Assembly (NCBI GenBank): GCA_900545805.1 | Contig: URAL01000003.1 | Coordinates: 1,101 to 65,100 of the forward strand | Direction: 5' to 3' | Source of the DNA: an uncultured Eubacteriales bacterium | GTDB taxonomy: Bacteria; Bacillota; Clostridia; Oscillospirales; Oscillospiraceae | Length of the DNA stretch: 64,000 nt | Shown here: positions 34,462-43,707 of the stretch, in pieces | How the letters are laid out: each line of letters opens with the position of its first letter | Position numbering within the stretch: the first letter of the stretch is position 1 | Made by a program: the position numbers and the translations under genes | The notes under the pieces: generated by a model | What the model was told of the DNA's origin: nothing | The model's input: the letters and a program-made list of their open reading frames with translations, nothing else | Databases searched by the model: none

Positions 34462-35352
34462 ATGGAGATGATTATTATGGAAAACGATCTTCTTAAAGTA
34501 CTTTCAAAGGGCAGTAATCAGTTTTCAAAAGGGCAGCGGATCATTGCAAAATACATTTTGAATAACTATGATAAGGCGGCGTTCATGACGGCCGGCAGAC
34601 TCGGAAAGATAGTCGGCGTAAGCGAGTCCACCGTTGTTCGTTTTGCTGCGGAGCTTGGCTATGACGGATATCCGAGCATGCGCAAGGCTCTGCAGGAAAT
34701 GATACGAAACAGGCTTACATCCGTGCAGCGTATTGAAGTGGCAAAGAGCATGATCGACGATAACGATATTGTGCGTTCTATAATCGGCAGCGACATTCAG
34801 AATCTTCAGGATACTCTTGAGGTACTAGAACAGGATAGATTCAATAAGTTTGTCGATTCAATCATAGAAGCAAAGAATATATACATTGTAGGCATGCGTA
34901 CATCTACTTCACTGGCGACCTTCCTTGGGCTGTATTTAAATCTTCTTCGCAGTAATGTGAACGTTATTCACGACACGGCCGCAAGCGAGGTCTTTGAACA
35001 GATAATCAGAATTGGAGAGGGTGATTTGTTTATCGCCATAAGCTTCCCACGCTACTCGAGCCATACGCTCGACGCGATGGAGTTTGCAAAAAAAATGGGC
35101 GCAATTACGGCAGCTATAACCGACGGACCCGCTTCGCCGCTTAACGGCATAGCTGATGTCTGTCTGCACGCAAAGAGCGACATGGTATCGTTCCTTGACT
35201 CGCTGGTAGCTCCCATGAGCCTTATTAACGCGATAATCATAGCCGTCGGTATAAAGAACAAGGAAAACCTCTCAAAGACCTTTGAGAGGCTCGAGACAAT
35301 CTGGTCTGAAAATAAAGTCTATGAACAGGCCGAGCATGGCGGTATAACATGA
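34462..35352 (+). CDS. MurR/RpiR family transcriptional regulator (HTH plus SIS domain)
   Basis: 296 aa with an N-terminal HTH (AAFMTAGRLGKIVGVSESTVVRFA) and a C-terminal SIS domain (IYIVGMRTS...). Confidence 0.85.
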   Translation: MEMIIMENDLLKVLSKGSNQFSKGQRIIAKYILNNYDKAAFMTAGRLGKIVGVSESTVVRFAAELGYDGYPSMRKALQEMIRNRLTSVQRIEVAKSMIDDNDIVRSIIGSDIQNLQDTLEVLEQDRFNKFVDSIIEAKNIYIVGMRTSTSLATFLGLYLNLLRSNVNVIHDTAASEVFEQIIRIGEGDLFIAISFPRYSSHTLDAMEFAKKMGAITAAITDGPASPLNGIADVCLHAKSDMVSFLDSLVAPMSLINAIIIAVGIKNKENLSKTFERLETIWSENKVYEQAEHGGIT

Positions 35353-36578
35353 CAAAGCTCAGTGCTGACGCAGTTATCATCGGCGGCGGCGCAGCCGGCA
35401 TGATGTGCAGCCTTATTGCAGCGCAGCGAGGTCTTGATGTTATACTGCTTGAGCCGAACAAGATGCTCGGCCGCAAGGTGCGCATAACCGGCAAGGGACG
35501 CTGTAATGTTACGAATAACTGCGACATAAAGGACTTTCTTGACAACATACCCGGTGACGGGAGGTTTTTATACAGTGCACTCAGCAAGTTCTCGCCTCGA
35601 GACACGATGAGATTTTTTGAATCGCTCGGTCTGCCGCTCAAAACCGAGCGCGGAAACAGGGTCTTTCCGGTGTCGGACAACGCAAATGACGTTGCAGGGA
35701 CGCTGACCCGTAATATTGAGCGCAGCGGCGTTCAGCGTATACGCGAGAGTGCAGAGCATATAATCTGCGAAAACGACGCCGTATGCGGCGTTAAGACAGG
35801 ATCCGGCGTTATCGGCTGCCGTGCCGCCGTCATATGCACAGGCGGACTTTCATATCCGCTCACGGGCTCGACGGGAGCCGGCTATAAAATGGCTCGGGAG
35901 CTTGGTCACAGCATAACGACCTGCCGTCCGTCGCTCGTTCCTCTGGAAAGCAATGATGAATACTGCGCGCAGATGCAGGGTTTTTCGCTCAAAAACGTGA
36001 CACTCTCGGCATATGAGGACGATAAGCTTATTTTCCGTGAGCTCGGCGAAATGCTGTTTACGCATTTCGGCGTATCGGGACCGCTGGTGCTGTCGGCAAG
36101 CTCGCATATGCGCAATTTCGGCAGGGCGAAATATCGCCTGAGTATTGACCTCAAGCCCGCGCTCGATGAGAAAAAGCTCGACGCGAGACTTCTGCGCGAC
36201 TTTGAAAAGTACGCAAACCGTGATTTTGCAAACTCGCTGTGCGATCTTGCGGGAAAAACGATGATACCCGTTCTCGTTGAGCTGTCCGGGATCCCGCCGG
36301 AGGAAAAGGTGAATTCCATAACCAGAGAGCAGCGCCATGCGCTTTTGAAGCTTTTTAAAGAATTCCCCGTGTCGATCTCCGGGCCGCGCCCCATTGATGA
36401 GGCCATAGTCACCTCCGGCGGTGTTGCGACAAGGGAGATAAACCCGCGCACCATGGAGTCGAAGCTCGTAAGCGGACTTTACTTTGCCGGAGAGGTTATG
36501 GATCTTGACGCGTACACAGGCGGCTTTAATCTGCAGATCGCGTGGTCAACGGCATACGTTGCCGCAAATTCGTTATAA
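35349..36578 (+). CDS. HI0933/BaiN-like NAD(P)/FAD-dependent flavoprotein (TIGR00275 type)
   Basis: Has VIIGGGAAGMM, GRKVRITGKGRCNVTN and a C-terminal GGFNLQIAWSTAY. It overlaps the regulator stop (ATGA). Confidence 0.8.
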   Translation: MTKLSADAVIIGGGAAGMMCSLIAAQRGLDVILLEPNKMLGRKVRITGKGRCNVTNNCDIKDFLDNIPGDGRFLYSALSKFSPRDTMRFFESLGLPLKTERGNRVFPVSDNANDVAGTLTRNIERSGVQRIRESAEHIICENDAVCGVKTGSGVIGCRAAVICTGGLSYPLTGSTGAGYKMARELGHSITTCRPSLVPLESNDEYCAQMQGFSLKNVTLSAYEDDKLIFRELGEMLFTHFGVSGPLVLSASSHMRNFGRAKYRLSIDLKPALDEKKLDARLLRDFEKYANRDFANSLCDLAGKTMIPVLVELSGIPPEEKVNSITREQRHALLKLFKEFPVSISGPRPIDEAIVTSGGVATREINPRTMESKLVSGLYFAGEVMDLDAYTGGFNLQIAWSTAYVAANSL

Positions 36579-36591
36579 GGATGGATATGCT

Positions 36592-37281
36592 ATGATATCA
36601 ATAGCCATCGACGGCCCGTCCGGCGCCGGAAAGAGCACAATATCCCGAAAAGCGGCTGAGATATTCGGCTTTATATACGTCGATACAGGCGCTATATACA
36701 GGACCATAGGCCTTGCCTCAAAAATACGCGGCATCAGCCTTGACGATAAGGCGGCCGTCATGGAAATGCTGACTAAGCTTAATATAGAGTTAAAATACAA
36801 TGAGTCCGGCGAGCAGCATATGTATCTTGACGGAAAGGATGTTTCCCGGGACATACGTCTGCCCGAGGTGTCAATGCTTGCGTCGAAGGTCTCGGCAATA
36901 CCCGAGGTGAGAACCTTTCTTGTTGATATGCAGCGCGATATGGCAAAGAAATACGACGTTATCATGGATGGACGCGATATAGGAACGGTCATATTGCCGG
37001 ATGCCGATCTTAAGATATTTCTCACCGCCGACGTTAATGACCGCGCACAGCGCCGCTATGAAGAGCTCCGTACAAAGGGAATGTTAAAGCCGTTTGACGA
37101 GGTTCTCGCCGAGATGAAGCAGCGCGACGAGCAGGATACGCTTCGTGCGGCAGCGCCATTAAAAGCCGCCGAGGATGCTGTTATGCTTGACACGAGCGGG
37201 AATACGCTTGAGCAGAGCATTGCGGAGGTCTGCCGTCTTATTGCTGACAGAACGGGCAGAAGATTCGGTGGCTTAGCATGA
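36592..37281 (+). CDS. cmk: cytidylate kinase
   Basis: [19 protein letters not shown] and YVDTGAIYR. The ORF-track start at 36484 overlaps the upstream gene. Confidence 0.93.
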   Translation: MISIAIDGPSGAGKSTISRKAAEIFGFIYVDTGAIYRTIGLASKIRGISLDDKAAVMEMLTKLNIELKYNESGEQHMYLDGKDVSRDIRLPEVSMLASKVSAIPEVRTFLVDMQRDMAKKYDVIMDGRDIGTVILPDADLKIFLTADVNDRAQRRYEELRTKGMLKPFDEVLAEMKQRDEQDTLRAAAPLKAAEDAVMLDTSGNTLEQSIAEVCRLIADRTGRRFGGLA

Positions 37282-39317
37282 ACAGAATCATAACAGCCAA
37301 AAGCGCGGGCTTCTGCTTCGGCGTGAGCCGCTCGGTCGATATGGCGCAGAGGCTCCTTGAGGCAGGCGGCGCGTATTCGCTCGGCCAGCTCATACACAAT
37401 GATGATGTTGTACGCCGTTTTGAAAAAGAGGGACTTCGTGTGATAAGCTCGCCCGACGAGCTGCCGCAGGGTGCGCGGGTCATGATACGCTCGCACGGTG
37501 TTTCAAAAGACATATACAGGCAGCTTGAGGACAGAGGAGCGGAGATAACAGATGCTACCTGCCCAAAGGTAAAGCGTATACATGAGCTTGTAAGCTCAGC
37601 ACACAGCGAGGGGAGATTTGTCGTCATAATCGGCATGCACGGACACCCGGAGGTTGAGGCCGTAAAGGGCTGGTGCGGCGACTGCGTTATATGCGAAAAT
37701 ACCGTAGAATTAGACGAGTGGTACGGAAAATTCGGCGAATTGTTGGATAAACCGATGACGATGGTAGTCCAAACGACCCAAACTCGTAGTAATTTTACCG
37801 AATGTGCAAGTTTCTTAAAAAAAAGATGTACAAATCTTCAAATCTTTGATACAATATGCGGTGCAACATCCATGCGTCAGGAAGAAGCCGCAAAATTGGC
37901 GGCAGAGTGCGATGCAATGGTCGTCATAGGCGGCAAGCACAGCGCCAACAGCGTTCACCTTTCGGTGATATGCTCTGAGCTTTGCCCTAATGTTCAGTTT
38001 ATTGAAAATGCAGATGAGCTGGATACAGACAAGCTCAGGAATGCCTGTACCGTCGGCATTACGGCAGGAGCGTCCACGCCTGCGTGGATAATTAAGGAGG
38101 TAAGTAACAAGATGAGCGAAGAAATCAAAATTGATGCTGCTGCAGCAGAAGAGAAGGAGATGTCCTTCGACGAAATGCTGGAGGAATCCATCAAGACTAT
38201 ATATAATGGAGATAAGGTAACCGGCACTGTCGTTGCCATTACCGGCACTGAAGTCAGTGTCGATATCGGCACCAAGTATTCAGGCTTCATTCCCACCACT
38301 GAGTTCACCGATGACGGCATTAAGGTTGAAGACGCTGTCAAGGTCGGCGATACCATTGAAGCAGTCGTTGTCCGAGTTAACGATGTCGAAGGCACCGTTA
38401 TGCTCTCCAAAAAGCGCCTTGATGCAGCGAAGAGCTGGACTATGGTCGAAGAGGCCGTCGAAAGCGGCGAGTTTCTTGAAGGCACCGTTACTGAGATCAA
38501 CAAGGGCGGCGTAGTAGTTAATGTCAATGGCATTCGCGTATTTGTTCCGGCTTCTCAGTCCGGTCTGCCAAAGGAAGCGGATATGAATCAGCTTCTCAAA
38601 CAGAAAGTTCGCGTTAAGATCACAGAGGTCAACCGCAGCCGCAAGCGCGTCGTCGGTTCCATCCGTGCCGTCGCTCAGAAGGAGCGCCGCGAAAGGGCAG
38701 AGGCAATCTGGAATGAGATGGAGGTCGGCAAGAAGTATCACGGTGTCGTCAAGTCCATGACCAGCTATGGCGCATTTGTCGATATCGGCGGCATCGATGG
38801 CATGGTTCACGTCTCCGAAATGAGCTGGAGCCGCATAAAGAACCCCGCCGAGGTATTTAATATCGGCGACGAGGTTGATGTCTATGTAATCAGCTTCGAC
38901 AAGGAAAAGAAAAAAATCTCCCTCGGCTACAAGGATCCCAATGAGAATCCCTGGGTCAAGTTCACCACCACCTATAATGTAGGTGATACTGCCGAGGTCA
39001 AGATCGTAAAGCTTATGACCTTCGGTGCTTTTGCCGAAGTTCTGCCCGGCGTTGACGGCCTGATCCACATTTCTCAGATTGCAAACCGTCGTATCGGCAA
39101 GCCCGAAGAGGTTCTCTCTGTCGGCGATGTTGTCGAGGCTAAGATTACCGCTATCGACACCGAGAACCACAAGATATCTCTGTCCATCCGCGCACTCGCA
39201 GAACCTGCAGCCGCTGAGGTCAAAGAAGTCCCCGAGGTTGAGGATAACGGCGAGGACGCGCTCGTCTACGAAGTATCCACCAATGGCGAAGCTAAGGGCG
39301 AGATAGTCGAAGAGTAA
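37278..39317 (+). CDS. ispH: bifunctional 4-hydroxy-3-methylbut-2-enyl diphosphate reductase / 30S ribosomal protein S1 fusion
   Basis: 679 aa. Residues 1 to about 275 are IspH/LytB (GFCFGVSRSV, TCPKVKRIH, GGKHSANS). From residue 279 there are four S1 domains (GxV..i...GafV repeats). Confidence 0.9.
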   Translation: MNRIITAKSAGFCFGVSRSVDMAQRLLEAGGAYSLGQLIHNDDVVRRFEKEGLRVISSPDELPQGARVMIRSHGVSKDIYRQLEDRGAEITDATCPKVKRIHELVSSAHSEGRFVVIIGMHGHPEVEAVKGWCGDCVICENTVELDEWYGKFGELLDKPMTMVVQTTQTRSNFTECASFLKKRCTNLQIFDTICGATSMRQEEAAKLAAECDAMVVIGGKHSANSVHLSVICSELCPNVQFIENADELDTDKLRNACTVGITAGASTPAWIIKEVSNKMSEEIKIDAAAAEEKEMSFDEMLEESIKTIYNGDKVTGTVVAITGTEVSVDIGTKYSGFIPTTEFTDDGIKVEDAVKVGDTIEAVVVRVNDVEGTVMLSKKRLDAAKSWTMVEEAVESGEFLEGTVTEINKGGVVVNVNGIRVFVPASQSGLPKEADMNQLLKQKVRVKITEVNRSRKRVVGSIRAVAQKERRERAEAIWNEMEVGKKYHGVVKSMTSYGAFVDIGGIDGMVHVSEMSWSRIKNPAEVFNIGDEVDVYVISFDKEKKKISLGYKDPNENPWVKFTTTYNVGDTAEVKIVKLMTFGAFAEVLPGVDGLIHISQIANRRIGKPEEVLSVGDVVEAKITAIDTENHKISLSIRALAEPAAAEVKEVPEVEDNGEDALVYEVSTNGEAKGEIVEE

Positions 39318-39340
39318 TACAGTTTAACATCCTGTAATAG

Positions 39341-39368
39341 CCTGCCGCATGTGCGGCAGGCTGTTTTT
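39341..39368 (+). terminator. intrinsic terminator after the ispH-S1 gene
   Basis: Stem CCTGCCGCA/TGCGGCAGG followed by CTGTTTTT. Confidence 0.8.
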
Positions 39369-39400
39369 ATTGAAAAACCAACGGAATCGCGTTAATTTCC

Positions 39401-39429
39401 TTGCAAAAAAACAACATTTTGTGTATAAT
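39401..39429 (+). promoter_or_regulatory. sigma-A promoter for carD-ispD-ispF
   Basis: TTGCAA, a 17-nt spacer, then TATAAT. Confidence 0.65.
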
Positions 39430-39459
39430 TATATTAATCGATTCTAAGGAGGAGTGGTC

Positions 39460-39942
39460 TTGTTCAAGATTGGCGATTACATTGCACATCCGATGCACGG
39501 CGCGGGCGTTATTGAGAGTATTGTTACTAAAAAAATCAACGGCGCTCAACGGGACTACTATGTCCTTAAGCTGCCCGTGGGTGATATGGTCGTTATGGTG
39601 CCGGTAGTCGGCTGTGAGGATATAGGCGTGAGGGCTATAATATCCCGCAGCGAGGCCGAAAATGTTTTTGACGCATTTAACGAGCTTGAAATATCCATGA
39701 CACAGAACTGGAATAAGCGTTACCGTGAGAATATGGATAAGATAAAAAGCGGGAATCTGCTTGATGTTGCGGCTGTTGTAAAGGGGCTTATGTGCAGGGA
39801 TAATGAGCGCGGCCTTTCTACCGGCGAGCGTAAAATGCTCCATTCGGCAAAGCAGATACTCATATCCGAGCTCGTAGTTGCCACCGAGATGGATTATGAT
39901 GGGGTTGAAAGAAGATTGTGCTCGGCACTTAAAGAGGGGTAA
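39460..39942 (+). CDS. CarD family transcriptional regulator
   Basis: FKIGDYIAHPMHGAGVIESI... The probable TTG start follows an AAGGAGGAG RBS. An in-frame GTG lies at 39454. Confidence 0.85.
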   Translation: MFKIGDYIAHPMHGAGVIESIVTKKINGAQRDYYVLKLPVGDMVVMVPVVGCEDIGVRAIISRSEAENVFDAFNELEISMTQNWNKRYRENMDKIKSGNLLDVAAVVKGLMCRDNERGLSTGERKMLHSAKQILISELVVATEMDYDGVERRLCSALKEG

Positions 39943-39947
39943 GCATA

Positions 39948-40679
39948 TTGTCTATCATAAATAAGATATTTAAATTCAAATCGGATGACGATGATTTCTG
40001 TACGGCCGTCGTGCTCGCGGCAGGAAACTCGCAGCGCATGGGCAGGGATAAGATACTTATGCCGCTCGGCGGCATGCCCGTCATCGCACATACTCTTAAG
40101 GCGCTTCAGGCTTCCGAGTGTATTGATGAGATCATTGTTGTGACCAGATACGAAAGTCTGCAGGAAATAGCGGATATCTGCCACGACTGCGGTATTACAA
40201 AAACGAGCAAGGTCATCCTCGGCGGAAAAACCAGGCTTGAGTCGTCGCTGCTCGGTGTAAGCAATGCCGATGAGAAAGCAAAATATATAGCCATTCATGA
40301 CGGGGCACGCCCGTTTATAACAAACAGCCTTATAGAGCGTGTCGTTCATTCTGCGCACCAGCATGATGCGTCGGCTCCGGCGATCGCGCCTACCGATACG
40401 GTGCGCGTTTTAAACGCAAAGGGTGCGGTTGCAGAAACGCCGTCAAGGGAGCTTGTCGCACTTATGCAGACGCCTCAGGTTTTTATGACGGAGATGATAA
40501 AGGCGGCGCTCACCCGCGCACAGCAAAAGGGCATTAGAGTAACTGACGATTGCTCGGCGGTCGAAGCGATGGGCTATAAGGTTACGGTCGTCGCCGGAGA
40601 CCCGAATAATATAAAGCTCACAACAGCGCGAGATCTTTATATTGCAGAGGGCATTCTCGCCGAAAGGAGCGGTAAATAA
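39948..40679 (+). CDS. ispD: 2-C-methyl-D-erythritol 4-phosphate cytidylyltransferase
   Basis: [12 protein letters not shown] and IHDGARPF. The start is TTG, as in the ORF track. Confidence 0.9.
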   Translation: MSIINKIFKFKSDDDDFCTAVVLAAGNSQRMGRDKILMPLGGMPVIAHTLKALQASECIDEIIVVTRYESLQEIADICHDCGITKTSKVILGGKTRLESSLLGVSNADEKAKYIAIHDGARPFITNSLIERVVHSAHQHDASAPAIAPTDTVRVLNAKGAVAETPSRELVALMQTPQVFMTEMIKAALTRAQQKGIRVTDDCSAVEAMGYKVTVVAGDPNNIKLTTARDLYIAEGILAERSGK

Positions 40680-41146
40680 TGCGTATCGGGCACGGATATG
40701 ATGTTCATAAGCTCGTTGAAAACCGTAAGCTCATCCTCGGTGGAGTCGACATCCCCTATGATAAGGGACTGCTTGGCCACTCGGACGCTGATGTTCTGGC
40801 CCATGCGCTTATGGATGCGCTGCTCGGTGCAGCGGCGCTTGGGGATATAGGCGGCCTGTTTCCCGATAACGATGACGCCTACCTCGGTGCCGACAGTATT
40901 GAGCTGCTTAAAAAAGTCATTGCACTTCTGAGGGAGCATGGATACGTATTGGTAAATGCCGACTGCACGATAATCGCGCAAAGCCCGAAGCTTAAGCCCT
41001 ATATCGACGATATGCGTTCGACATTGGCCGAAGCCATGGGAGCTGAGCTTGACTCAGTAAGCGTTAAGGCCACCACCGAAGAGCATCTCGGCTTTACCGG
41101 CGAGGGGCTGGGCATCGCCGCGCACGCGGTCGTGCTTATAGACTGA
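40679..41146 (+). CDS. ispF: 2-C-methyl-D-erythritol 2,4-cyclodiphosphate synthase
   Basis: [12 protein letters not shown] and [12 protein letters not shown]. The ATG overlaps the ispD stop (TAATG). Confidence 0.95.
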   Translation: MRIGHGYDVHKLVENRKLILGGVDIPYDKGLLGHSDADVLAHALMDALLGAAALGDIGGLFPDNDDAYLGADSIELLKKVIALLREHGYVLVNADCTIIAQSPKLKPYIDDMRSTLAEAMGAELDSVSVKATTEEHLGFTGEGLGIAAHAVVLID

Positions 41147-41152
41147 ACTTAA

Positions 41153-41186
41153 ATCAGGCAGCTTTTCGGCTGCCTGATAATTTTTC
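41153..41186 (+). terminator. intrinsic terminator after ispF
   Basis: Stem TCAGGCAGC/GCTGCCTGA followed by TAATTTTT. Confidence 0.75.
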
Positions 41187-41332
41187 AGCGGCGCGTTCAG
41201 GTCCCTGCGGATGCTCATATTGCGGTCGCCCGGTGTCACACTTATCGACAAAACCGTGGCGTTTCGCGCTCCGTTAGCTTCACAGCGCGGCCATATGGTG
41301 CATAATATATAGCAAAAAAGAAGGGGTCAATT

Positions 41333-41584
41333 ATGCGCTATATATTTATGTGCCGGTCGCTGACCTATGCGCAGTCTGCGGCTCGTGCGCTTGAAAAAAA
41401 CGCGATATCGGCAGCTGTCAAAAAGGCACCCTCCGGACTCAGCATCAGCGGGTGCAGCTACTGTGTAGGCGTGTCATATACGAAGGGAGCGGCGGCTGCC
41501 GCGGTTCTGCGACGCGAGGGTCTGCTTCAGGGGAAGATATTTCTTCGCCGGGATGACGAAAGCTATACCGAGGTGATCCTGTGA
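41333..41584 (+). CDS. DUF3343-like small protein (putative S/Se carrier-like)
   Basis: 83 aa whose pattern (F.S...A..A...L....I......P..L...GCS) is typical of DUF3343. It is coupled to a class V aminotransferase through a GTGA overlap. Confidence 0.55.
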   Translation: MRYIFMCRSLTYAQSAARALEKNAISAAVKKAPSGLSISGCSYCVGVSYTKGAAAAAVLRREGLLQGKIFLRRDDESYTEVIL

Positions 41585-42702
41585 TATATCTTGACTCTGC
41601 CGCGACAAGCTTTCTTAAGCCCAAAAGCGTTAAACTGGCAATGCTGCGCGCTATGGATACGATGTCGAGCCCGGGCAGGGGAGCTTACGAAGCTGCCATG
41701 CGTGCAGCCGATAAGGTATATGAATGCCGCACCCTGGCATGCAGACTGTTTAACTTCGATAAGCCGGAAAATGTAGTCTTCACAATGAACGCGACCCACG
41801 CACTGAACATTGCGATAAAAACACTCGCAAGGCATGGAAGCCGTGTCGTTGTCTCCGGATACGAACACAATTCCGTGACCCGAGCTCTGCACGAGATAGG
41901 TGCTGATGTAACCGTCGCGGCGGGGAAGCTCTTTGATACGGAGAGTGTTGCGGCTGAATTTGAAGATAAGGTTCGTGGAGCCGACCTTGCCGTATGCAAC
42001 CATGTATCCAATGTTTTCGGATTCATTCAGCCGATATATGAAATATCCTCGATATGCAGCCGGCACGGCGTGCCGCTTGTTATAGACGCATCGCAGTCGG
42101 CCGGAATCGAAACGCTAAACTGCTCCGGACTTGATGCCGCATTTATCGCAATGCCCGGGCATAAGGGATTGCTCGGGCCGCAGGGAACAGGTATACTTTT
42201 GTGTAATGAGAGCCCGAAACCGCTCATCAGCGGCGGTACCGGCTCGGAGAGTCTTATTCAGATAATGCCTGAGCATCTGCCCGACAGAGCAGAGGCCGGG
42301 ACGCACAACGTTGTAGGCATAGCCGGACTGTGTGAGGGAATGAAATATGTACTGAATAAGGGCGCTGAAACTATCGGCAGCTATGAAGCGCGGCTTTGCA
42401 GCGGCATGGCCGAGCGGCTCTGCCGCGTACCCTCACTTGAAGTCTTCTCAGGCAGCGCCGGAACTCAGGCAGGTGTGCTGTCCTTCAGGCACGGGACGAT
42501 CAACTGCGAGGAGTTCTGCGAGAGGCTCGGTCAAAGAGGTATAGCCGCACGCTGTGGACTTCACTGCGCTCCGCTTGCGCACAAGAGCGCCGGCACAGTT
42601 GATACAGGCACTGTGCGCATAAGCTTTTCGCCGTTTATATCCCGCCGGCAGACCATGCAGGCGTGCACGACTATAGAAAAGATAGCCCGCAGAGAAAATT
42701 AA
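41581..42702 (+). CDS. class V aminotransferase / cysteine desulfurase family protein
   Basis: MIYLDSAATS, the PLP lysine in MPGHKGLLGPQGTG, and a candidate active-site Cys in RCGLHCAP. The start is GTG. Confidence 0.85.
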   Translation: MIYLDSAATSFLKPKSVKLAMLRAMDTMSSPGRGAYEAAMRAADKVYECRTLACRLFNFDKPENVVFTMNATHALNIAIKTLARHGSRVVVSGYEHNSVTRALHEIGADVTVAAGKLFDTESVAAEFEDKVRGADLAVCNHVSNVFGFIQPIYEISSICSRHGVPLVIDASQSAGIETLNCSGLDAAFIAMPGHKGLLGPQGTGILLCNESPKPLISGGTGSESLIQIMPEHLPDRAEAGTHNVVGIAGLCEGMKYVLNKGAETIGSYEARLCSGMAERLCRVPSLEVFSGSAGTQAGVLSFRHGTINCEEFCERLGQRGIAARCGLHCAPLAHKSAGTVDTGTVRISFSPFISRRQTMQACTTIEKIARREN

Positions 42703-42813
42703 TTAATATTTGATTGCCTTTTGCTCGTATATATTATATAATATAGTGATTAAAAATACAGCAAAGTGCGGACTGCATACGCAGTCCGCAGGCAAAGATT
42801 ATTGGGGATTATA

Positions 42814-43707
42814 ATGCAGGACTTTTCAGGTTACTTTTTAAGAATACTCAATTACCTTTCGACAATTAGCTTTTGGGATGTTGTTGATATCCTTATAGTT
42901 GCTTTTTTGTTCTATAAGGTGATAGATCTTGTGCGCAAGACAAGCTCATATAACCTTGCAAAGGGTATACTCTTGCTTCTTATTGTCTTGTGGCTGTCAG
43001 GGCCTTCGGTGTTTAACCTGACTATGATTAACTTTATACTGCGCAAGACTGTTGAGATTGGCCTTATAGCGCTGGTTATCATATTTCAGCCCGAGCTCAG
43101 AAAGCTTCTGTCCAGGATGGGCAGCAAGGATTTTTACGGTATATTCTCACCAAAGGTTCAGGCTACAAGCAGGGCCGAGGCTGCCATTACGCAGACGGTG
43201 CTCGCCTGTGAGCAGATGTCTAAGACCAAGACGGGCGCTCTTATAATATACGAGCGCAATGTTAAGCTCAGCGATATCATGACGACCGGCACTATCATAG
43301 ATGCGGACATAACCTCAGAGCTTTTAAAGAACATATTTTATCCCAAGGCTCCGCTGCATGACGGTGCGCTGATAATCCGCAACTTCAGGATAGCTGCAGC
43401 CGGATGTGTGCTTCCGCTCACCTCAAAGACGAACCTCAGCAAGGATCTCGGCATGCGTCACCGCGCCGGCATAGGTGCAAGCGAGGTGTCCGATGCGATA
43501 ACGATCATCGTATCCGAGGAGACCGGCGGCATCTCCGTTGCTGTTGAGGGCATGCTCAAGCGAAACCTCTCGGTCTCCATGCTCGAGCAGATCCTGCGAA
43601 AGGAGCTTATAGTTGAAGAGTCAAAAAAGAGTACCGCAGCTGAGGTCTTCTCTCGCTTTTTTGACAAGCATAAGGTGAACAATGATGGAACAGAAAAAAA
43701 GAACTAA
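42814..43707 (+). CDS. cdaA: diadenylate cyclase CdaA
   Basis: Three N-terminal TM segments and a DisA_N domain (GALIIYER, PLHDGALII, HRAGIGASE). The start is MQDFSGY. Confidence 0.92.
   Translation: MQDFSGYFLRILNYLSTISFWDVVDILIVAFLFYKVIDLVRKTSSYNLAKGILLLLIVLWLSGPSVFNLTMINFILRKTVEIGLIALVIIFQPELRKLLSRMGSKDFYGIFSPKVQATSRAEAAITQTVLACEQMSKTKTGALIIYERNVKLSDIMTTGTIIDADITSELLKNIFYPKAPLHDGALIIRNFRIAAAGCVLPLTSKTNLSKDLGMRHRAGIGASEVSDAITIIVSEETGGISVAVEGMLKRNLSVSMLEQILRKELIVEESKKSTAAEVFSRFFDKHKVNNDGTEKKN

Noticed and set aside
38280-39170. Other long antisense ORFs: 38280-39170, 28077-28886, 16559-17224, 11276-11932, 7622-8278 and 15808-16356.
   Set aside because: All are shadow ORFs opposite confidently identified, highly conserved genes (S1, lon, the radical SAM pair and the topoisomerase subunits). 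They have no RBS or domain signatures.
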